Source: an uncultured Dehalococcoidia bacterium (lineage in GTDB: Bacteria; Chloroflexota; Dehalococcoidia; Lucifugimonadales; JADFKI01). Taken from it: a stretch of 53,189 bases of DNA. Each line of letters opens with the position of its first letter. The first letter of the stretch is position 1. Of the stretch, positions 31,968 through 41,962 are shown piece by piece. Below the pieces are notes generated by a model. It did no database searches and was not told where the DNA came from. It saw only the letters and a list, made by a program, of their open reading frames with translations. The stretch is taken from assembly GCA_964595285.1 (NCBI GenBank), contig CAZQPS010000023.1:1-53189 (forward strand). The letters are read 5' to 3'. The translations under genes were made by a program, and so were the position numbers.

Positions 31968-32531
31968 CTACGTAGGCTTGTCAATTTCGATGTGCCACTC
32001 TTCAGATAGTACTGAATACACAACATGATCCACCCAATTTTCACCTAATTTTTCCACTTTTCTTAGAACGCCCTCATGGGTAAACCCAAGACCCTCAGCA
32101 AGAGACATGCTTTTAGTATTAAAACTGGCACAGCGTATCTCTATGCGATTGATACTCAATTCTTTAACGGCATAATCAACTAACGCAATACAGGCCTTCC
32201 TCATGAGACCAATGCCCTGGTGCTTTTCATCCAACCAATACCCTAGAGCAGTCCGGCTGTTTCGCCAGTCAAAGAAATGAAATCCTACCACACCAACTAG
32301 CATACGTTTATGCCAAATACCTGCAAAAAATCCATTATTATCAGAAAATTGTTGTAATGTCCCTAATATATATCTGCTGACGTCTTGATAGTCAGTCATT
32401 TTATCTACCCAGGGAAGCCACCTGGCGAGATAAGTTCGATTGCCTTCTATAAGAGCATACAACTCGCTAGTATTCTCTTCCCCTAACAATTTCAGATATG
32501 TATCATCATCAATGCGATATATAAACATCAT
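31968..32531 (-). CDS. GNAT N-acetyltransferase (RimJ/RimL family)
   Basis: L..WLPW, LGYWL...QG.G.M, NRIEI.C...N..S and LGF..EG motifs. Confidence 0.85.
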   Translation of the reverse strand: MMFIYRIDDDTYLKLLGEENTSELYALIEGNRTYLARWLPWVDKMTDYQDVSRYILGTLQQFSDNNGFFAGIWHKRMLVGVVGFHFFDWRNSRTALGYWLDEKHQGIGLMRKACIALVDYAVKELSINRIEIRCASFNTKSMSLAEGLGFTHEGVLRKVEKLGENWVDHVVYSVLSEEWHIEIDKPT

Positions 32532-32722
32532 ACTCCAAACCTAGAGAATAGCTATCGTATCAGGTAGTTCCGTCAATTAATCATTCTTGAAGACGCTTTT
32601 TCCAATTAGCCTAAGCACCAAACAAACTCCATTTTATCCTGTCCTGTAGTAAAAACAGTTTAATTAATCGTGAAAGCTTCAAAAGAGCAATAAAATTTCG
32701 TAGCATTTTGGGTCAAGCGAGC

Positions 32723-32764
32723 TTGACTCTAATTTAGCAACCCATCTAAAATGAACAGAAGTTC
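32723..32764 (+). promoter_or_regulatory. ruvB promoter with LexA (SOS) box
   Basis: TTGACT (32723)-18 nt-TAAAAT (32747-32752), immediately followed by GAACagaaGTTC (32753-32764). Confidence 0.75.
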
Positions 32765-32791
32765 TAATTAGACAAGAAAAAGCAGAATCCA

Positions 32792-33862
32792 ATGACCAAT
32801 ACTAGTAACGAACGCATTGTATCAGGATCCCGTCACGAAGATGATCAGAATCTAGATACAAGCCTACGTCCCCGACGACTGAAAGATTACGTCGGCCAAA
32901 ATCATGTTAAAAGCCTCCTTGAAATAAGCATAAAGGCTGCACAACAAAGAGGAGAGCCACTCGACCATTTACTATTATACGGCCCTCCCGGGCTTGGGAA
33001 AACGACACTAGCCAATATAGTCGCAACGGAAATGGGCGTCCGTATAAAAGTCACCTCAGGTCCAGCAATAGAACGTCCAGGTGACATGGTCGCTCTATTA
33101 ACCCAACTTCAGCAAGATGATATTCTGTTCATAGACGAAATACATAGGCTGAATAGAACGGTCGAGGAGATTCTCTATCCCGCCTTGGAAGATTTTTTCG
33201 TCTCGTGGGTAATCGATAAAGGCTTGAAAGCTAGAAGCATGAATTTAAGCATCAAACCTTTTACACTGATCGGAGCGACTACTCGCTACGGAATGGTCAG
33301 CGCACCACTTCGGGATCGCTTCGGCAATATTCACAGACTGGATTTCTACGATGACAGTGCCATGACAACGATCGTCCAGAGGTCAGCCAGAATTCTGGAA
33401 ATTGAAGCGGAACAACACGGTGTAAACTCAATCGCGAGAAGAGCCAGAGGAACACCAAGAATAGCCAACAGGCTCTTGCGCAGAGTACGCGACTATGCCC
33501 AAGTAATAGCAGATGGCATTATTACTGATAACGTTGCAGAGAATGCTCTGGAACAATTGGAAGTTGACAAACTTGGGCTTGATAACATTGACCGTAGAGT
33601 CCTCCTTACCATAATTGATAAATTCGACGGAGGACCCGTAGGCCTTGACACAATAGCAGCCTCTATAAGCGAAGAAGCCGATACTATAGAGGACGTGTAC
33701 GAACCTTTCCTCTTACAACTTGGCTTCATAGACAAAACGCCACGTGGAAGACTTGCTACTCGACGAGCATATGAACACTTTGGAAAGAAATTCAACTCTC
33801 CACTAAAGGCCGACTCTTTACAGGGAAATTTTTTCAACTCTGCTGACCCACCTGACTTGTAA
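32792..33862 (+). CDS. ruvB: Holliday junction branch-migration motor RuvB
   Basis: [36 protein letters not shown] and GGPVG motifs. Confidence 0.98.
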   Translation: MTNTSNERIVSGSRHEDDQNLDTSLRPRRLKDYVGQNHVKSLLEISIKAAQQRGEPLDHLLLYGPPGLGKTTLANIVATEMGVRIKVTSGPAIERPGDMVALLTQLQQDDILFIDEIHRLNRTVEEILYPALEDFFVSWVIDKGLKARSMNLSIKPFTLIGATTRYGMVSAPLRDRFGNIHRLDFYDDSAMTTIVQRSARILEIEAEQHGVNSIARRARGTPRIANRLLRRVRDYAQVIADGIITDNVAENALEQLEVDKLGLDNIDRRVLLTIIDKFDGGPVGLDTIAASISEEADTIEDVYEPFLLQLGFIDKTPRGRLATRRAYEHFGKKFNSPLKADSLQGNFFNSADPPDL

Positions 33863-33870
33863 AAGAATTT

Positions 33871-35775
33871 CTAGCTAGGCGATTCGATTGAGGCGTAGTT
33901 CATCTTGTACAAATGGGCGTAAAGACCGTCGTCAAACATCAAGGAATTGTGATCACCAACTTCAACAATCTCGCCCTCCTGCAGCACAACTATTTTATCG
34001 GCGCCACGTATCGTAGAAAGTCTATGAGCAATTACAATAGCCGTTCTGCCCTTCAGTAGTTTTTGCAGGGCCTTTTGGATCAATAATTCTGTATAGCTAT
34101 CTATATTCGCGGTTGCCTCATCGAGAATCAATATCCTAGGATCAGCAACTATAGCACGCGCAAAGCTCAATAATTGGCGCTGTCCTAGACTTAAATTGAC
34201 TCCTCTCTCTGCGAGAAAAGTATTGTATCCATCGTCAAGGGACATGATAAAATCGTGGGCACCTACAGCCTTAGAAGCTTCAACAATCTGACTAGCGGCC
34301 GCATTAACATTGTTGTATTTAATATTCTCATTAACTGTACCTGAGAACAAAAAAGGCTCTTGCAAAACCATGCTCATCTGTCCTGCCAGGGAATCTCTTG
34401 TTACATCTCTAATATCGACACCATCGACCAGAATAGCCCCCTTATCTCTAGGCACTTCGTAAAACCTAGAAATTAACGATACTAAGGTCGTTTTACCAGC
34501 ACCGGTAGGGCCTACTACAGCTACTGTTTCACCAGCTTTAATGTGCAGATTCATATTCCGCAATACGTCGGCCTGTTGAACAGGCGCGTTCTCATTCAAT
34601 GATGCACCATTTTCTGACGATCCATCCACGCTTAGATATACAGAGTCCAGCCTGGTAAAATTACTGTTAGTCGAATAATTAAAACTCAAATTGCGAAGTT
34701 CTACATTGCCCTTTATTTTTGGAAGCTCACTCGCATTGCGAACATCCACCAAATCAGGTTCGACATCCAGAAGTTCAAAAATTCTAGTCCCCGATGCCAT
34801 TGAACGCTGCAGCTGTGTATACTGCATAGTGAGGTTTCTTATGGGGTCAAAAAAGCGTTGAATGTACATGATAAAGGCAACCAGAACACCGACCTCAATC
34901 TCATTCCCCACGACCATATTTGATCCAAAAAATATCGCCAAAACTATGGCCACAGCTGTCAATACATCCACCGCAGGGATAAGACCCGCGGCCAGTTTAC
35001 CCGCTTGAAGGTTTCCATTTAAATGTTCCGAATTTTTAGTATCAAATATCTCTAAATTTCTAGGTTGTCTATTCAAAGCCTGAACAACTCTTACCCCTGC
35101 CATATTCTCATTTAGTGCCCCATTCACTATAGATATCGCTGTTCTAACTCTCAGAAAAGCCTTCACTGCATAGGGCTGCCATATAGACATAATAATGACA
35201 AGTATTGGTAACACCACCATAGTTATGAGACCTAGTTTTAAATTTAAAATTAGCAACATAATTATGATGCCGCCTAAACTCAACAAGTCTGCGGCAGTCA
35301 TAATCACTACAGTCATTAATTCCTGTAATTGCCACACATCCCCTTGCACTCGGGACATAATACGCCCAACTTCAGTCCTATCGTAGTAAGACAAGGATAA
35401 TTTTTGAAGATGACCAAACATTGCCCGGCGCAAGTCATATAAAACTCCCAAACCAACACGAGCCATAAATAACTGTTGCAACCAATTGAAGAGCCAATTT
35501 CCAAAAGCAACCGACAGGAACACAATGAATACCACGATCAATCCATGAAAATCTCCCTCGCCTATGTAACTATCTATCCCAAGCTTAATAATAAACGGTA
35601 TAGCCACTTGAGAACCTGTGTAAAACAACATTGCAATAAACGCAAATAAGGCGGTACGCTTATACGGAATCACATAAGGCAGAAGTCTAAGGATTACTTT
35701 CCTATCGTAGACTTTGCCAAATGTCTCTTCATCTGCCTGACCCCTTGATGCCCCATGAAACGCCCCACCTCTCAT
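33871..35775 (-). CDS. ABC exporter half-transporter (TMD-NBD) with consensus Walker B
   Basis: N-terminal transmembrane domain; GPTGAGKT, signature LSLGQ, ILDEATA and IAHRLST motifs. Confidence 0.92.
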   Translation of the reverse strand: MRGGAFHGASRGQADEETFGKVYDRKVILRLLPYVIPYKRTALFAFIAMLFYTGSQVAIPFIIKLGIDSYIGEGDFHGLIVVFIVFLSVAFGNWLFNWLQQLFMARVGLGVLYDLRRAMFGHLQKLSLSYYDRTEVGRIMSRVQGDVWQLQELMTVVIMTAADLLSLGGIIIMLLILNLKLGLITMVVLPILVIIMSIWQPYAVKAFLRVRTAISIVNGALNENMAGVRVVQALNRQPRNLEIFDTKNSEHLNGNLQAGKLAAGLIPAVDVLTAVAIVLAIFFGSNMVVGNEIEVGVLVAFIMYIQRFFDPIRNLTMQYTQLQRSMASGTRIFELLDVEPDLVDVRNASELPKIKGNVELRNLSFNYSTNSNFTRLDSVYLSVDGSSENGASLNENAPVQQADVLRNMNLHIKAGETVAVVGPTGAGKTTLVSLISRFYEVPRDKGAILVDGVDIRDVTRDSLAGQMSMVLQEPFLFSGTVNENIKYNNVNAAASQIVEASKAVGAHDFIMSLDDGYNTFLAERGVNLSLGQRQLLSFARAIVADPRILILDEATANIDSYTELLIQKALQKLLKGRTAIVIAHRLSTIRGADKIVVLQEGEIVEVGDHNSLMFDDGLYAHLYKMNYASIESPS

Positions 35776-37607
35776 TGTTTCACAACCTCTGCTGAATCTT
35801 TGTTATCACGAGTTTTATTCTCAATTAGAGATGCATTCCCTGAAACATCAATATCCCTCATCACTTCTTCCTGAGGCCTCAATTGTAACTCATAAATTTC
35901 ACGATACTTACCATCTGCCGACAAAAGTTCTTGATGCGTACCTCTCTCTATTATCTCTCCTTTTTCCATCACCAATATCTCATCAGCTCTGTGAACTGTA
36001 CTTAATCTATGCGCAATAATAAAAGTAGTTCTACCCTTCATTACTTCCTCCATGGCCTCACGTATGAGCTCCTCCGTATTGGCATCCACACTCGAAGTAG
36101 AATCATCTAAAATCAGTATCGGAGGGTCAAGTAAAACTGCCCGAGCGATAGACATTCTTTGGCGTTGTCCGCCGGACAAATTGACACCTCTTTCTCCCAC
36201 ATCGGTATCATAAGAGTTCTCTAAACCCTCAATGAAATTATGAAGTTGAGCGACCCTGGTAGCTTGCTCGATCGCCTCGTCACTCGCTCTTTCATCACCG
36301 TATGCAATATTCTCTCTGAGACCAGCAGCAAACAAGAAAACATCTTGTTGCACTATGCCAATATTGTGTCTGAGTGAAGCCAGAGTAACATCTCTCACGT
36401 CTATACCATCAATCGTAATGCTACCTGAATCTCGCTCATAAAATCTTGGAAGCAAATTCACGAGTGTACTTTTCCCACTCCCTGGTGCTCCTAACAACGC
36501 AATGATTTTACCTGGCTCTGCCTCAAAACTAATGTTTTTGAGAACAGGCTTGCCATCATCGTAACTAAAATTCACGTTTTCAAACTTAACTTGCCCTACC
36601 ACTCGGGGCATCTTTTTGGCTGATGGAAATTCAGTAACATCGGACTCAAGATCTAAAATATCAAACAACCTTTGTCCCGCAGAAGCAGCTCTTGCATAGG
36701 AATTCACGATCATGCCAGACATTCGGACAGGCAAAGCCAAAATCTGCATGTAAAAAACAAAGGCAGCGAGTTCCCCAATAGTCATGTACCCTTCTATCAC
36801 TCTATATCCACCTAGTAGCAGTATGAAGGATAAAGCAAGCTGAAACGAGAACAAGGTAAAAGTAGAGTTAGAAATCCTAAGCTTTTCTGCGCTGATGAAA
36901 GCATCAGAAACCTCCTCACTTTTATCATTGTATTTCCCATTTTCAAAATCCTCAGAGGCAAAAGCCTTTACAACCCTCTGCCCAGTCAAGTTTTCCTGCA
37001 AGACGGTGTTCAAATCGGCCATCATATCTTGAATATGTAACCAGGCTCTCCTCAGTTTTATTCTCGCAAAACCTGAATTTACGGCCACCAAAGGCATAAA
37101 ACTTATGCTAACTAGACCTAGCTGCCAGTCCATCTTTACAAGTATTATCGCGACTACTACAAATAGAGATAAAAAGTAAGGCGTTCTAACTATTCCCATG
37201 TTGACAAACATCCGAATATTCTCTACATCAGTAATAGCACGCGACATTAAATTGCCTGTGTGAAATCGATCATGAAATCCGAAGCTCAGATGTTGTATAT
37301 GATTATAGAAATTATTCCGGATATCGTAAGAGACGAATTGAGAAACAGCTTCCCCAAGATATGTTTGAAAAAACGACAGTAATCCTCTGATCAGACTTAT
37401 GAAGAGTATTATCCCCATCAGGTATATCAATACCGAGCTGTCAATCGACCCTTCGTCAAGCATTAATTTTACTTCATCCACAGCATCGCCAAAAAACTTC
37501 GGCAAAAACAGATATGCCACACTAGCACCAATCATAGAGGCATATGCACCCACCATTCGCCATCTATGACTTAAAGCCATCAGAACTATGCGCCAAATTA
37601 TAAGCAT
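35772..37607 (-). CDS. ABC exporter half-transporter (TMD-NBD) with degenerate Walker B
   Basis: GAPGSGKS, LSGGQ and ILDDSTS motifs; 4-nt overlap with the partner gene. Confidence 0.92.
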   Translation of the reverse strand: MLIIWRIVLMALSHRWRMVGAYASMIGASVAYLFLPKFFGDAVDEVKLMLDEGSIDSSVLIYLMGIILFISLIRGLLSFFQTYLGEAVSQFVSYDIRNNFYNHIQHLSFGFHDRFHTGNLMSRAITDVENIRMFVNMGIVRTPYFLSLFVVVAIILVKMDWQLGLVSISFMPLVAVNSGFARIKLRRAWLHIQDMMADLNTVLQENLTGQRVVKAFASEDFENGKYNDKSEEVSDAFISAEKLRISNSTFTLFSFQLALSFILLLGGYRVIEGYMTIGELAAFVFYMQILALPVRMSGMIVNSYARAASAGQRLFDILDLESDVTEFPSAKKMPRVVGQVKFENVNFSYDDGKPVLKNISFEAEPGKIIALLGAPGSGKSTLVNLLPRFYERDSGSITIDGIDVRDVTLASLRHNIGIVQQDVFLFAAGLRENIAYGDERASDEAIEQATRVAQLHNFIEGLENSYDTDVGERGVNLSGGQRQRMSIARAVLLDPPILILDDSTSSVDANTEELIREAMEEVMKGRTTFIIAHRLSTVHRADEILVMEKGEIIERGTHQELLSADGKYREIYELQLRPQEEVMRDIDVSGNASLIENKTRDNKDSAEVVKQ

Positions 37608-37910
37608 ATGTTAATAACTACGCACTCCTCACTCAGGCAGCAATTAAACCGAGTCAAGAACCTTCATCTCGCCGCAGGCAATTGTAACACCCTAGATGCC
37701 AAAGATGACAAGTACTATACATACTCTCATCCAAGGACTTAAGAAGCCATCTCATATAAGCCAATCATTTCATGAATGGCTTATATGGGACTTCCCATGT
37801 CGAAGTAAGCCCCATATAATCTGCATTGAACATGCTAAAACCCAACGTAAAATGGACAACAGTAGAATTGAATCTTAGTAGAATCTACAATATGACCGTG
37901 AGGTGTACCA

Positions 37911-38399
37911 ATGCCTAATGAGCAAGATTTCAAAAATGCTTGGGGGAAATATGCGTCTAGCGTATCAGTAATTACATCCATAGAACCTGGAGGTACTGTT
38001 CACGGAATGGCAGCAAGTGATATCAGTTCAGTCTCTCTAGACCCAATGCTAGTATTGGTATGTGTTGGCCACAACCGAAACTCTCACCCACTGATTGAAT
38101 CTTCGGGACGCTTCGCAATTAATATCATGTCTGATATCCAAGAAGATATAGTATTACACTTTGCTAAGTCCGCAGAACACAGAGACCCTGATTTCGAAAT
38201 CCAATACTTATTCACCAGTAGGGGAGCGGCTTTTATTGAAGGGGCAATTGCACAGATGGATTGTCGAGTAATTGATCAACATACTGCCGGAGATCACACC
38301 ATTTTTATAGGGGAAGTAGAAGAAATCAAAGTAGCAGATAATCAACCTCTGCTGTACTACCAAGGCAACTTCGGCAGATTCAATCCGAAAAACGACTAA
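37911..38399 (+). CDS. Flavin reductase-like protein (HpaC/DIM6/NTAB family)
   Basis: SVSLDP.LVLVC, FAINI and GDHTIFIGEV...PLLY motifs; GAGG RBS. Confidence 0.9.
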   Translation: MPNEQDFKNAWGKYASSVSVITSIEPGGTVHGMAASDISSVSLDPMLVLVCVGHNRNSHPLIESSGRFAINIMSDIQEDIVLHFAKSAEHRDPDFEIQYLFTSRGAAFIEGAIAQMDCRVIDQHTAGDHTIFIGEVEEIKVADNQPLLYYQGNFGRFNPKND

Positions 38400-38452
38400 A
38401 AGGTACCCCCCGGTCTGAAGATTCTGGATTTTTAAAGCAAGGAGATATCTTC

Positions 38453-39370
38453 TTGAAGATAGGTGTAAATTTATTAAATTTTGGCCCAGGTGTTAACCCT
38501 CAAGCACTAGAGAGTTGGATCAAAATCAGCGAGGCCCTAGGTTATCATTTGGTTATGGTATCTGATCACATCGCAATAACCCCTGACGTTAATAGTAGGT
38601 ATCCCGCCCCATTCTACGAACCCTTTACTACTCTGGGCTGGATAGCAGGAATCACCACTACTATGCGTATAGGTACCACAGTGTTAATTGTGCCTTATAG
38701 AAATCCACTGGAAACCGCAAAAGCTGCCGCTAATCTTGATCAATTATCCGGTGGACGGCTAATTTTAGGAATCGGAGTCGGGTGGTCTACAGAAGAGTTT
38801 AAAGTTCTGGGAAGTCCATTCAAAGAACGCGGAGCAGTGACAAATGAATATCTGACTATCATGAAGCGTTTCTGGACAGAAGATGTATTATCGTACGATG
38901 GAACGTACATTAAATTCCAAGATGTCCGGACCGCACCCAAGCCAATACAGTCTCCACACCCTCCAATATGGGTAGGAGGACAAAGCCATGCAGCTATGGA
39001 ACGGGCTGTCCTACATGGTGATGCTTACCACCCAATCAGGATAAATACCACGTGGCTCTCAGAGCAAGCAATCCCAAAATTAACTTCAATAGCGAATCAA
39101 AACGAAAGAAATATGCCAGCCATATGTCCTCGTATTAGACTCAGAATAACTGAGTATCCTATGCAAGAAGACCAAAGAATAGCCGGGGAAGGATCTCTTG
39201 GTCAGATACATGAAGATTTGAAAAAGCTTGAGGATTTAGGTTGCCAGTACGTACTTCTTGACACGTATTATGATGACGTAAAGGCCACGGAAAATCACGA
39301 GGCCTCTTGGTCAATGCTCTCCATATTTGCTGAGCATATCGTTGACTTACGTCAGGAAATGGTACGATAG
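38453..39370 (+). CDS. Luciferase-like (LLM) flavin/F420-dependent oxidoreductase
   Basis: SDH, IGTTVLIVPYRNP, LDQLSGGRLILGIGVGW...EF and PKP.Q.PHPPIWVGG motifs. Confidence 0.9.
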   Translation: MKIGVNLLNFGPGVNPQALESWIKISEALGYHLVMVSDHIAITPDVNSRYPAPFYEPFTTLGWIAGITTTMRIGTTVLIVPYRNPLETAKAAANLDQLSGGRLILGIGVGWSTEEFKVLGSPFKERGAVTNEYLTIMKRFWTEDVLSYDGTYIKFQDVRTAPKPIQSPHPPIWVGGQSHAAMERAVLHGDAYHPIRINTTWLSEQAIPKLTSIANQNERNMPAICPRIRLRITEYPMQEDQRIAGEGSLGQIHEDLKKLEDLGCQYVLLDTYYDDVKATENHEASWSMLSIFAEHIVDLRQEMVR

Positions 39371-39400
39371 TTTCAGAAACCTCCACCTGACAAATACATC

Positions 39401-39447
39401 AAAATTAAGGGTCCCGCATGTATACACTATGCAGGACCCTTAATTTT
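39401..39447. terminator. Bidirectional intrinsic terminator between the LLM gene and amt
   Basis: AAAATTAAGGGTCC(C)GCAT ... ATGC(A)GGACCCTTAATTTT inverted repeat between convergent genes. Confidence 0.85.
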
Positions 39448-39465
39448 TCCTTAGGTAATGCCTAC

Positions 39466-40698
39466 TTACGGTATATAGGCAGCCTCACCATGTTGGGAAA
39501 CATCTAATCCAACTTCCTCTTCCTCCTCGGTTACTCTAATGCCCATTACTGCATCCAATACCTTTAGTATGACATAGGTTATAGCGAAGGCCCATATCCA
39601 AGTTCCTAAAATAGCTACAATTTGGTTTACCAGCTGTCCGCCATTACCTTGCCAAAGTCCCTCCACCCCACCAAGCGCTGCAGTCGCAAACAATCCTACG
39701 GCTATACCACCCCAAGTACCGGATATCCCATGCACGGCCCAAACATCTAGAGAATCATCCAGATTCCATCGATGCCTTAACTGTACAGCTGCATATGAAA
39801 ACACCCCGGCTCCAACCCCTATCAAAATCGCCGGCATAGCCTCTACAAACCCCGCTGCCGGCGTTATAGCAACTAGGCCAGCTATCGCACCAGAAGCTGC
39901 TCCGAGAACACTTGGTTTTTTATCTACTATCCATGATATAGCCATCCAAGACAGCGCACCGGCAGCCGCTGCTGTGTTCGTAACTACAAAAGCTGAAGCG
40001 GCAAGACCATCAGCTGCCAAAGCGCTCCCAGCATTAAATCCAAACCACCCGAACCAAAGTAAGCTCGCCCCCAGCACCACTAATACCAAATTGTTGGGCT
40101 GCATAGGTTCGCTTCCGAATCCTATGCGTTTTCCGAAGACTAGTGCAGCAGCTAGGGCTCCAACTCCAGAGGTTATATGTACAACGTTCCCACCAGCAAA
40201 GTCTAAAGCTCCACCTTCCAAACCTATGAAACTCATATCACCAATCCATCCACCTCCCCAAACCCAATGAGCAACCGGTGCATAAACTAAAGTACTCCAC
40301 AAAAGTACAAACACTATCAAGGCACTAAATTTTATGCGCTCAGCAAATGCTCCAGTTATTAAAGCTGGGGTTATAATCGCAAACATCCCTTGAAACATCA
40401 TGAATGACAGATGGGGTATATTATCGGCATATGGACCTGCATCCATTCCAACTCCATTGAGACCCAGATAATCCAATCCACCTATTACATTCCCGATGTC
40501 GGGACCAAAAGCCAACGTGTAACCCCACAATACCCATTGTACTCCAACAATTCCCATTATTATAAAACTCTGCATTACAGTGGCAATGAGGTTCTTCCTA
40601 CGTACCATGCCACCATAAAAAAGAGCTAGCCCAGGCACCATCAGTAAAACCAGTGCCGTGGACATCATCACCCACGCGGTATCCCCAGCATTCACCAT
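39466..40698 (-). CDS. amtB: Ammonium transporter (Amt)
   Basis: PGLALFYGG, FQGMFA, DFAGG.VVH, LWFGWFGFN and DDSLDV..VHG motifs (both conserved His present); GGAGGTG RBS. Confidence 0.95.
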   Translation of the reverse strand: MVNAGDTAWVMMSTALVLLMVPGLALFYGGMVRRKNLIATVMQSFIIMGIVGVQWVLWGYTLAFGPDIGNVIGGLDYLGLNGVGMDAGPYADNIPHLSFMMFQGMFAIITPALITGAFAERIKFSALIVFVLLWSTLVYAPVAHWVWGGGWIGDMSFIGLEGGALDFAGGNVVHITSGVGALAAALVFGKRIGFGSEPMQPNNLVLVVLGASLLWFGWFGFNAGSALAADGLAASAFVVTNTAAAAGALSWMAISWIVDKKPSVLGAASGAIAGLVAITPAAGFVEAMPAILIGVGAGVFSYAAVQLRHRWNLDDSLDVWAVHGISGTWGGIAVGLFATAALGGVEGLWQGNGGQLVNQIVAILGTWIWAFAITYVILKVLDAVMGIRVTEEEEEVGLDVSQHGEAAYIP

Positions 40699-40781
40699 AT
40701 TTCTTCACCTCCAGTCATTTTAAAGGCGTTCAAATCAACACATAGTAATATTTTCAACGTCCATATTGATTACACGATCCT

Positions 40782-40838
40782 ATGTTACAAATATGATTGT
40801 TACCAACTTGTTGCCCAAGTGTTAAATATTTGTAACAT
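40782..40838. promoter_or_regulatory. Candidate nitrogen-regulator operator upstream of amt
   Basis: 13-bp perfect inverted repeat ATGTTACAAATAT (40782-94) / ATATTTGTAACAT (40826-38); additional GTTAC half-site; TGTTA-N8-TAACA dyad at 40820-37. Confidence 0.5.
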
Positions 40839-41060
40839 CAAGTACTATAAGGACAATCCAAGGAACCTCTACATCTGAGTAGTAGATAACCATTTGTCAG
40901 ATTTTGGCTGTATCCTACAAAATGTGGACGTTTCTAGATAACATCATCTATCAGTAATCTTGCAAAACCCGGAGGATATCAGTAAAGAAAGAAATGCTTT
41001 TGTATACCCACTCAGGTAAAAATAGTGCGACGCGTATTCAGCAGAAAGGAAGCTAGGAAT

Positions 41061-41897
41061 ATGGATGTTTCAGGCAAAAAGGCAGTAGTGACTGGCGGGG
41101 GTAGAGGAATAGGCAGAGCTATCAGCATAGCCTTAGCCCAAAACGGGGCCGACGTCGCCGTGACCGACATTATCGAAGACAATGCTGAACAAGTATCCTT
41201 AGAAATCAGCGCATTAGGCGTTGAATCTATGTCTTTACATTTGGACGTTACTTCTCAAAACTCAGTCGACGCTATGGTTGAGGCAACGCTAGCTCAATTC
41301 GGACACATAGACATATTAATAAACAATGCTGGAGTCATTGGAGCAAACGGTTGGGAGCAAAGAAGTTCCCCCAACGAAGAGGATTGGAACTACATATATG
41401 AGATAAATGTCAAAGGAATCGTAAAGGTATCGGAGTCGATAATCCCTCATATGATGACTCGTAAGTACGGCAAAATCGTAAATATTGCGTCGATCGCGGG
41501 ACGGAGAGGCGGCTATCGCAATATGCCTTATAACGTTTCAAAAACAGGAGTCATCAGCATAACACAAGGACAAGCCTTGGAATTGGCGCAACATAACATT
41601 AATGTCAACGCCATATGCCCTGGTCTCTTATGGACCCCTATGTGGAATCGTATAACTGATAGAGAAATTTTTACAGGTGTCAGCATGTCAGCTTCTGTTT
41701 CACAATCAACGGATAGTCTCACCGAAAAATCTAATCGGGAGCTTTTTGATGAAAAGGTAGCAATGTTAATTCCGTTGGGTAGAGAACAAACCCCCGAAGA
41801 CATAGGTTATCTTTCGTGTTTTCTAAGTTCCGATTATTCACGCAACATAACTGGTCAAGCCATAAACGTGAGCGGAGGCTACTCCCCTGGGATATAA
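41061..41897 (+). CDS. Short-chain dehydrogenase/reductase (SDR)
   Basis: TGGGRGIG, NNAG, YNVSK catalytic motif and ITGQ. Confidence 0.92.
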   Translation: MDVSGKKAVVTGGGRGIGRAISIALAQNGADVAVTDIIEDNAEQVSLEISALGVESMSLHLDVTSQNSVDAMVEATLAQFGHIDILINNAGVIGANGWEQRSSPNEEDWNYIYEINVKGIVKVSESIIPHMMTRKYGKIVNIASIAGRRGGYRNMPYNVSKTGVISITQGQALELAQHNINVNAICPGLLWTPMWNRITDREIFTGVSMSASVSQSTDSLTEKSNRELFDEKVAMLIPLGREQTPEDIGYLSCFLSSDYSRNITGQAINVSGGYSPGI

Positions 41898-41962
41898 GTC
41901 GTGACCTCCATTATATGCATTTAATGTGCAATATTATGTTGTAAGAGACAGATTTAACCACA

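Noticed and set aside
32712-32727. GTCAAGC-GA-GCTTGAC inverted repeat upstream of ruvB
   Set aside because: One arm is the ruvB -35 itself; the 7-bp arms may reflect back-to-back -35 elements or chance
37696-37878. 60-aa ORF in the ABC/flavin-reductase spacer
   Set aside because: No RBS or motif; the region is better explained by divergent promoters and repeats
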